Assembly: GCA_041737575.1 (NCBI GenBank)
Contig: JBGSRM010000095.1
Location: forward strand, 1-49,089
DNA: 49,089 bases
Direction of reading: 5' to 3'
Source: Akkermansiaceae bacterium
GTDB taxonomy: Bacteria; Verrucomicrobiota; Verrucomicrobiia; Verrucomicrobiales; Akkermansiaceae
The translations under genes were made by a program, and so were the position numbers. This document shows positions 28,612 through 33,903 of the stretch, piece by piece (positions within the stretch are counted from its first letter, which is position 1; each line of letters opens with the position of its first letter). The notes beneath the pieces are model-generated. The model had not been told where the DNA came from. It worked only from the letters and a program-made list of their open reading frames with translations, and did not search any database.

Positions 28612-29196
28612 TCACACTGAGAGGAACTTCTGCCAGTCGCGGATGCCGTGGAGGTTGCGGATGAGCGCGGTGGCGGGGACGGCTTTGGGTGCGTGTGGAG
28701 TGCGCAGCAGGCGGAGGCCGGCTTCTTGGGGGAGGCGGGCGCCTTTTTTCGAGTTCACTTCGCGGTGTGCGAGCACGCAGTTTTCCCATGACGTCGGGCC
28801 GCCGCGTGAGCGGGGCACGATGTGGTCGATGTTGCCTTCGTGAGGCGCGAGTTTGCGACCGGTGTATTGGCAGACACCACCATCACGATCCCAGATGCCG
28901 CGCGCGCCGAGGCTCGGACGGCAGAGCGGGACTTTGGAGTATTTCACCGCGACGATCACGGTCGGCACACGCACCGCGCCGCGAGGAGTGTTGACGGCAT
29001 TGTCTTGTTCACGAATCGCAAGTTTCAGCCAGTCCTCCCAACGCACGGGCACGATGCAGTCATCGCCCTGGACGTCGAGTCCGGTCGCGGCTCCGCAGGC
29101 CATCATGCAGAAGGCCTCGGCGGGTGTCTTGGTGTGGATTGCCTGCCAGTTGCGGTTGAGCACCAGCACGGTGGTTTTGTGTAGGATGTCTGACAT
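28612..29196 (-). CDS. HNH endonuclease
   Basis: VLVLNRNWQ, RDGGVCQYTG, NIDHIVPRSRGG..SWENCV, N.KKG; starts 12 nt after the rtcB stop. Confidence 0.92.
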   Translation of the reverse strand: MSDILHKTTVLVLNRNWQAIHTKTPAEAFCMMACGAATGLDVQGDDCIVPVRWEDWLKLAIREQDNAVNTPRGAVRVPTVIVAVKYSKVPLCRPSLGARGIWDRDGGVCQYTGRKLAPHEGNIDHIVPRSRGGPTSWENCVLAHREVNSKKGARLPQEAGLRLLRTPHAPKAVPATALIRNLHGIRDWQKFLSV

Positions 29197-29208
29197 GTTT
29201 TTTGTTTT

Positions 29209-30603
29209 CTAATCTTCGGCACGTTCTCCCGCCGGGCACATTTTCACGAGTTTCGGATCGAAGCGGGCGAGCACTTCGACGAGGTCGGTTTGCGCAGCCA
29301 TGACGGTGTGGATGTCTTTGTAAACGCCCGGCACTTCATCGAGGCCAGCGGAGATGAGATCGACCCCGTTTTCCTTGAGCAGCTTTTTGGTTCCGCTCCA
29401 GGTGAAGGATTGCAGAGCCTTGCTCCGGCTCATCACGCGGCCTGCGCCGTGCGACGCGCTATGCAGCGAGGATGGCTCGCCTTTTCCGCGAACGAGGAAA
29501 CCCGGAGTCGCCATCGAGCCGGGGATGATTCCCATCACACCCGCACCCGCCGGAGTCGCGCCCTTGCGGTGGACGATGAGTTCTTTTTCCTCACCGTTGA
29601 CGACGTGACGTTCTTTCCATGCGAAGTTGTGGTGGTTCTCGATGTCGAGGATCACTTTCGCTCCGACTTTTTTGGCAATGTGTTTGTGGATGATCTCGTG
29701 GTTGGCGGCGGCATATTGACCCATGAGGTTCATGGCGTTCCAATATTCCTGGCCGTCCTCTTCATCGAGCGTGAGCCATGCGAGGTGCTTGAGTTCCTTT
29801 GGCAGATTCTGGCGGCGGGCCATGGCGCGTTTGCTATAAACGTCGCACACCTGTGCTCCTGTTCCGCGCGACCCCGAGTGGCTGAGCAGCGCGAGGTATT
29901 CACCGGGCGGAAAACCGAGCGAGTCATCCGTCACGGTGAACGCGCCGAACTCGACGAAGTGGTTTCCGCTGCCGCTGGTTCCAAGCTGGGTCCAGGCCTT
30001 TTCGTGAAGGCGTTTGGTGACAGGGGAAACAGTCCAGTCCTCGTCCATGACATCGTGGTGGCGGCGTGTTTTGAAGGACGCGCCGATTCCAAAGCGGGTT
30101 TCACTTTCGATGATGTTTGCCAAACGGTCGCGCTGGCCGGGGATGACATTTGCCTTGCGGTCATAAACCGTGAGTTTCATACGGCAGGCGATGTCAACTC
30201 CGACGGCATACGGAACTACTGCGTTCTCCGTAGCAAGAACTCCACCGATCGGCAGACCGTAACCCGGATGGGCATCGGGCATGAGGGCACCGGCAACGGC
30301 GATGGGTAGCGCGCAGGCATTGGCCATTTGACGGACAGCATCCGCTTCGAGATCGGTTCCCCATTGACGCCACGGAGCGAGTTCCGCACGCGGCGTGAAG
30401 GCCGGGCGGTAGAGAGCGCGTGCGAAAGGAGCGCGGAGGTCATCGGAGAAGTATGCGGATGGGTTGGCAACGATTTGGATAACCGCATCGTGCAATCCCG
30501 CGCCTTCATTTCCGGCGGAGATGTAGTTTTTGATAAATTCGTGGGCGAGATGCATCGCTTCTCCCTCGGGCACACCGAGGTGGATCAGGTCTTTGGTTTT
30601 CAT
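29209..30603 (-). CDS. rtcB: RtcB RNA ligase (3'-phosphate or cyclic phosphate to 5'-OH)
   Basis: MPDAHPGYGLPIGG, VGVDIAC, GSGNHFVE, HSGSRG, NHHN, HRKGA, PGSM, SHGAGR. Confidence 0.96.
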   Translation of the reverse strand: MKTKDLIHLGVPEGEAMHLAHEFIKNYISAGNEGAGLHDAVIQIVANPSAYFSDDLRAPFARALYRPAFTPRAELAPWRQWGTDLEADAVRQMANACALPIAVAGALMPDAHPGYGLPIGGVLATENAVVPYAVGVDIACRMKLTVYDRKANVIPGQRDRLANIIESETRFGIGASFKTRRHHDVMDEDWTVSPVTKRLHEKAWTQLGTSGSGNHFVEFGAFTVTDDSLGFPPGEYLALLSHSGSRGTGAQVCDVYSKRAMARRQNLPKELKHLAWLTLDEEDGQEYWNAMNLMGQYAAANHEIIHKHIAKKVGAKVILDIENHHNFAWKERHVVNGEEKELIVHRKGATPAGAGVMGIIPGSMATPGFLVRGKGEPSSLHSASHGAGRVMSRSKALQSFTWSGTKKLLKENGVDLISAGLDEVPGVYKDIHTVMAAQTDLVEVLARFDPKLVKMCPAGERAED

Positions 30604-30631
30604 GTTTTTGTTGGATGGATGATGGATATTT

Positions 30632-30694
30632 CGGGATCGGAAGCGGTGTTTGTTTTCAAATGGAGAGGATGTGGCGGCGGCTATTCACCGCCGC
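30632..30694. repeat. Left arm of a long-range imperfect inverted repeat (partner 33178-33240)
   Basis: CGGGATCGGAAGCGGTGTTTGTTTTCA...TGGCGGCGG...ACCGCCGC; the 17-nt core at 30642-30658 is the exact reverse complement of 33214-33230. Confidence 0.9.
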
Positions 30695-30698
30695 CACA
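30670..30698 (-). other. 11-bp GC-rich hairpin between Ro60 and rtcB
   Basis: TGTGGCGGCGG-CTATTCA-CCGCCGCCACA a few nt after the Ro60 stop. No U-tract, so a stabiliser or processing hairpin is likelier than a strong terminator. Confidence 0.7.
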
Positions 30699-30703
30699 GG
30701 GAT

Positions 30704-32140
30704 TTACAGCGGGATTGCTTCGATTTCGCGGAGCAGCGCGTTTTTATCCTCCTCGAGGAATTTCATCGTCTGCAAGGCCTTGTCGGAAAATCCGGCGAGG
30801 CAGAAGACGTTGCGTTCCGGGAATTGGAGCGTGCCGAGACCGGCGAGGTCGAAGCTGAAGACGCGCGGATCGGAACCCGTGCGTTGTTTCCATGCTGCGA
30901 AGGACGAGGTCGGTGCGTAATGGCCGATCCAGCCCTGCATGTCGGACAGGATGACAATGCGGTCGTAGGCCGATTTTGCCTGTTCGAAGATCGCGTGGAA
31001 ATTCGTTCCGCCTTGTGGGGCGTGACGTGTGATTTCACGCGCGAGTGTGAGCGTGGAGTCGCGACGGTTCAGCGGGACGAAACGTGCATCGTTGCTGAAA
31101 ACCAACACGTCTGCACCTTTGTTCACCTTGGCGAGAACCGCAGCGAACAAGGAACCGATTTCCATCGGGCGACCGTTCATGGAGCCGGAGCCGTCGAGGG
31201 CGATCAGCGTGCGGCCGTCGAAACGTGGCACGTTGGTGAGCGCCTTATCGGCAGCTTCGCTGATGGCGGCCATCGCTTCACCCGCGCGGGGCAGTTGGCT
31301 TTCGCGAACTGCTTCCAGAGCGGTGAGGTAGCGGAAAGGCAACACCAGCGATTTCGCGATGAGGCTTTCGTTCACCAACATCGCGAGCGCGGCATCCACA
31401 CTTTGCGGAGCCTGTTCAAGAATGTTGCGCAGGTTCCGCAGAAGCGCGAAGTAACCAAGCTTGCGCTTGGTGATGAGTTCGCTCCATGCATCGGCTTTCA
31501 ACGATTCAAGGCTTTCGCCATCTTCGCGGTTTTTCGAGCCGGCCTGAGTGAGCTTGGTTTCCCAAGTTTCCGCAGGTGCGAGTTCACCATGAACCAGCTT
31601 GCGCAGTGCCTCGGTGTGCGGCGGGTGGAGCAGGTTCACTGCGTCCACCAGCTTGAGCTCCGAGGTTTCACGCCGGTATTTCGCGAGTTGGTATTCGTCG
31701 AATCCGGCGAGCGCGGCGCCGAGTCCTTTCTTGAGCGAGTTGGGAATCGGGCCACCGGCCGTCGCGAGATGGCAGGCGAGGATTTCCAACACGTCGTCCG
31801 GACGGCGCACGACAAGCTGATAGAAACGCTTGGTCCAGCTTTCACCCTTCACGCTGCGGGCAAGCTCGGCGGCCACGAGGTGGGAAACCGAACGCATGCC
31901 CGCCTTGGTGCGGGCGTAGATGGCGGCTTTTGCGACGAAGGATTTGTCATCCGTCGCCTTCACCAGCTCACGCACGCGGTTTGCCGTGGCGCTGCCCTTG
32001 CGGTAAAACGTGTCTTCAAGGGTTGCGGTGAGCAGGATGGATACGAGTTCGTTTTTTGGAGACTGGGCGAAAGCCCGGCCTCCGGCGATGTTGGTGGTGT
32101 CGCCGTGCTTGATGCGGGCGAGCAGTTTACTGAATTTCAT
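30704..32140 (-). CDS. Ro60/Rsr TROVE-domain RNA-binding protein with C-terminal vWA domain
   Basis: N.AGGRAF, TFY, YQLAKY, ETWETKL, YFALLRNLRNI, PFRYLTA; MIDAS-like DGSGSM and SDMQ; SD AAGGAG upstream. Confidence 0.93.
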   Translation of the reverse strand: MKFSKLLARIKHGDTTNIAGGRAFAQSPKNELVSILLTATLEDTFYRKGSATANRVRELVKATDDKSFVAKAAIYARTKAGMRSVSHLVAAELARSVKGESWTKRFYQLVVRRPDDVLEILACHLATAGGPIPNSLKKGLGAALAGFDEYQLAKYRRETSELKLVDAVNLLHPPHTEALRKLVHGELAPAETWETKLTQAGSKNREDGESLESLKADAWSELITKRKLGYFALLRNLRNILEQAPQSVDAALAMLVNESLIAKSLVLPFRYLTALEAVRESQLPRAGEAMAAISEAADKALTNVPRFDGRTLIALDGSGSMNGRPMEIGSLFAAVLAKVNKGADVLVFSNDARFVPLNRRDSTLTLAREITRHAPQGGTNFHAIFEQAKSAYDRIVILSDMQGWIGHYAPTSSFAAWKQRTGSDPRVFSFDLAGLGTLQFPERNVFCLAGFSDKALQTMKFLEEDKNALLREIEAIPL

Positions 32141-32202
32141 GGATGACTCCTTTCTTGTTTGTTGGTTGCTGCGGAACGCGCAGCGCGTTTTTGGGGTTGG
32201 GA

Positions 32203-32278
32203 TTCCGGGGAGAAATATGCCGGGAGCGAATCTATTTCGATTAGCAGTCGAAGGAACTCCTGGCTCACTTCCCCGGAA
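32203..32278 (-). ncRNA. Y-RNA-like ncRNA 1 carrying an anticodon stem-loop mimic (loop CU-GCU-AA)
   Basis: UUCCGGGG-A-AGUGA-GCCAGGAG...CUCCCGGC-AUAUUUCU-CCCCGGAA terminal helix; internal UUCGA-CUGCUAA-UCGAA hairpin; directly upstream of Ro60. Confidence 0.8.
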
Positions 32279-32284
32279 AGGGGA

Positions 32285-32423
32285 TCGCGGAGAAAAGCGG
32301 ACGGGCTCTCACTGAGACGCCGGGACTCGAACCCGGCACGAGCTTTCGCCCATGCCCTACTCATGGGCACCGCATTTCAGTGTTTTTGTTTGCTGCGAAG
32401 AATTCCCGTCCTCACTGCCGCGA
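32285..32423 (-). ncRNA. Y-RNA-like ncRNA 2 with tRNA-like domain lacking an anticodon
   Basis: UCGCGG-C-AGUGA-GGACGGG...CCCGUCC-GCUUUUCU-CCGCGA helix; inside are a D-like arm UGCCC/GGGCA, a GAAA-capped short arm and a T arm CCGGG-UUCGAGU-CCCGG. Confidence 0.82.
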
Positions 32424-32430
32424 AAGGGGA

Positions 32431-32567
32431 TTGCGGAGAAAATGGCCGGAGACTGAATGCCACGGATTTCTCCATGGCTTTCGGAGGGAATCGAACCCAC
32501 AACAACATGTGTGAACATGTGCTCTACCATTCTGAGCTACGAAGTAACTCCGGCCTCACTGCCGCAA
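32431..32567 (-). ncRNA. Y-RNA-like ncRNA 3 with tRNA-like domain lacking an anticodon
   Basis: UUGCGG-C-AGUGA-GGCCGGAG...CUCCGGCC-AUUUUCU-CCGCAA helix; inside are D arm GCUC-AGAAUGGUA-GAGC, CAUGU-UCAC-ACAUG, T arm GUGGG-UUCGAUU-CCCUC and GCCAUGGA-GAAA-UCCGUGGC. Confidence 0.82.
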
Positions 32568-32572
32568 AATGT

Positions 32573-32647
32573 TGGTGAACCCGCAGGGAAGTGCGCCCTG
32601 CTCGTCCGATTAAAAGCCGGATGCTTCGCTGTCTCAGCTTCGGGTTC
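32573..32647 (-). tRNA. tRNA-Lys(UUU), non-canonical
   Basis: GAACCCG/CGGGUUC-A-CCA; anticodon arm UCCGG-CUUUUAA-UCGGA; T arm CAGGG-CGCACUU-CCCUG; A8. Confidence 0.85.
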
Positions 32648-32663
32648 GGACATGGAAAGAAAA

Positions 32664-32739
32664 TGGTGGCCTCGGACGGAATTGCACCGTCACCTTCCGA
32701 TTCAAAGTCGGATGCTCTTGCTGATTGAGCTACGGGGCG
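32664..32739 (-). tRNA. tRNA-Gln(UUG), non-canonical
   Basis: D arm GCUC/GAGC; UCCGA-CUUUGAA-UCGGA; T arm GACGG-UGCAAUU-CCGUC; CCA; acceptor mismatches C1:C72 and C5:A68. Confidence 0.85.
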
Positions 32740-32741
32740 AT

Positions 32742-32816
32742 TGGGGTGACCAACCGGACTTGCACCGGCACGGCCGCCTTCACAGGGCGGGATGCTACTT
32801 TTACAACATGGTCAAC
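32742..32816 (-). tRNA. tRNA-His(GUG), non-canonical
   Basis: Encoded G-1:C73; CCGCC-CUGUGAA-GGCGG; T arm GCCGG-UGCAAGU-CCGGU; CCA; U1:C72 mismatch. Confidence 0.85.
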
Positions 32817-32826
32817 ATTGGGGAAA

Positions 32827-32902
32827 TGGTGCTCCCGCGAGGACTTGCACCTCGAACCTACGCCTTCGCAAGGCGCTGTGCAGACTCTTACACCTCGGGA
32901 GC
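32827..32902 (-). tRNA. tRNA with anticodon GCG (nominally Arg), non-canonical
   Basis: GCUCCCG/CGGGAGC-A-CCA; GCGCC-UUGCGAA-GGCGU; T arm CGAGG-UGCAAGU-CCUCG; A8. Confidence 0.85.
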
Positions 32903-32911
32903 TTGGAAAAT

Positions 32912-32986
32912 TGGTGCTCCATGCCGGTGCTGCCCCGGCTTCTGCGGCATGAAAAACCGCTGTGCTAGCTGATACACCAATGGAGC
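32912..32986 (-). tRNA. tRNA-Glu(UUC), non-canonical
   Basis: GCUCCAU/AUGGAGC-A-CCA; GCGGU-UUUUCAU-GCCGC; T arm GCCGG-GGCAGCA-CCGGC. Confidence 0.85.
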
Positions 32987-32997
32987 TGGTGAAAAAA

Positions 32998-33073
32998 TGG
33001 TCGCGCGCCCCGGTGCTGCCCCGGGTTCCTCCTCGCTCCAAACGAGGCGGGTTTGCTGACTCCCTCGCGCGCG
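32998..33073 (-). tRNA. tRNA-Pro(UGG), non-canonical
   Basis: CGCGCGC/GCGCGCG-A-CCA (C1:G72 and A73 Pro identity); CCUCG-UUUGGAG-CGAGG; T arm CCCGG-GGCAGCA-CCGGG. Confidence 0.85.
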
Positions 33074-33084
33074 ATGTTGAAAAT

Positions 33085-33159
33085 TGGTTGCGGAGGCCGG
33101 ATTCGAACCGGCGATGCGCGGCGTATGAAACCGCTGCCTTACCACTTGGCTACTCCGCG
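33085..33159 (-). tRNA. tRNA-Met(CAU) with initiator-like acceptor stem
   Basis: CGCGGAG/CUCCGCA-A-CCA (C1:A72 mismatch); D loop with GG; GCGGU-UUCAUAC-GCCGC; canonical T loop UUCGAAU. Confidence 0.92.
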
Positions 33160-33171
33160 ATTTGGGGAAAA

Positions 33172-33260
33172 TGGAATGCGGCGGTCGGAACCGCCGCCAG
33201 TTGATTGAACCAATGAAAACAAACACCGCTGCCAGTCCCGTTGAGGACTCACACCCGCAG
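33172..33260 (-). ncRNA. Unknown structured RNA ending in CCA; contains the right arm (33178-33240) of the long inverted repeat
   Basis: Hairpins AGUCC-UCAACG-GGACU and GCGGCGGU-UCCG-ACCGCCGC; ends ...AUUCCA followed by UUUU like neighbouring tRNAs; complementary to the Ro60-rtcB spacer. Confidence 0.55.
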
Positions 33261-33268
33261 GAAAATTT

Positions 33269-33307
33269 CACGGCGGATCTTTCGGTGTTTCAGGCACACC
33301 TCCCGTG
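33269..33307 (-). ncRNA. Small structured element of unknown function
   Basis: CACGG...CCGUG closing helix with internal GGUGU-GCCUGAA-ACACC hairpin. Confidence 0.4.
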
Positions 33308-33495
33308 GAAATCATATATATAGATATAACTTCCAAGCCTGTGGTTTTGATATATAAAAACCATGGCGTGAATCTCGGGCGTATTTCATCCGTGCAGATT
33401 GTCTATATGACGATCTACTTGACATGATGCATATCTCATTTAACCGTATCATCGGTTGGCCGAAAACATGTGCCTCTCGCAGGGACTTATGAAAT

Positions 33496-33551
33496 AGGTG
33501 GCCGATTCGCCCCGCCTCCGGTTGCAGCCGGTGGCGGGGTCTTTCACACCT
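33496..33551 (-). ncRNA. Structured element of unknown function
   Basis: AGGUG-UGAAAGA-CCCCGCC-A-CCGG-CUGCAA-CCGG-A-GGCGGGG-CGAAUCGGC-CACCU. Confidence 0.45.
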
Positions 33552-33622
33552 GGTTTGAAATTATTGGATGATCATTTTGATGGTTCTGGTTGTTGGTTGA
33601 AAATTTTGATCAGAAACGCGGG

Positions 33623-33658
33623 AAAAGAAAAACCCGCCGGCTTGTGGAGCGGGCGGGT
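33623..33658 (-). terminator. Intrinsic terminator (candidate attenuator) upstream of the tRNA/Y RNA/Ro60/RtcB operon
   Basis: ACCCGCC-C-GCU-CCACA-AGC-C-GGCGGGU followed by UUUUCUUUU. Confidence 0.85.
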
Positions 33659-33693
33659 AAGTGAAGTAAAACCTTGATGTTTTCCGTTCTGAA

Positions 33694-33855
33694 CTACCTG
33701 CCTGCCTCCTTGAACTCTTTGTCCAAGTTGATTCGACTTTGGGTCGCCACGAGTGCGCGTCCGTTTGATAGGCACTCTGCGCCATGGAACATATCCATGA
33801 GCGGCGACCACATGGTCGGCTGCGTATGGTTGGGATATGTTATGTTTGGATTCAT
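33694..33855 (-). CDS. Putative 53-aa attenuator leader peptide (MNPNITYPNHTQPTMWSPLMDMFHGAECLSNGRALVATQSRINLDKEFKEAGR)
   Basis: The last codons and stop (GGAGGCAGGCAGGUAG, 33709-33694) are complementary to the terminator 5' arm (UUACCCGCCCGCUCC, 33660-33646). Confidence 0.6.
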   Translation of the reverse strand: MNPNITYPNHTQPTMWSPLMDMFHGAECLSNGRALVATQSRINLDKEFKEAGR

Positions 33856-33874
33856 GTGCGCTGAAGTTGGATAT

Positions 33875-33903
33875 GAGATATATGTCATCCGATCACGCGT
33901 CAA
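33875..33903 (-). promoter_or_regulatory. Possible promoter of the leader/operon
   Basis: TTGACG-17 nt-TATCTC, about 20 nt upstream of the leader ATG and preceded by an AT-rich UP-like tract; the -10 is weak. Confidence 0.35.

Noticed and set aside
32203-32567. CRISPR-like reading of the repeated GGAGAAA...CTCACTGCCGC blocks
   Set aside because: Repeats are not identical, spacing is irregular, inserts are structured and no cas genes are present.
32137-33271. Several 75-171 aa ORFs
   Set aside because: They overlap tRNA and Y-like RNA genes that explain the sequence far better.
33417-33444. dif site as a feature
   Set aside because: Only one arm resembles a XerD site; the XerC arm does not match. 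Kept only as a caveated note.
33496-33551. HDV-like/theta or hammerhead ribozyme (GGCGAAU, UGAAAG)
   Set aside because: Could not find the nested pseudoknot pairings or a CUGANGA core by eye.
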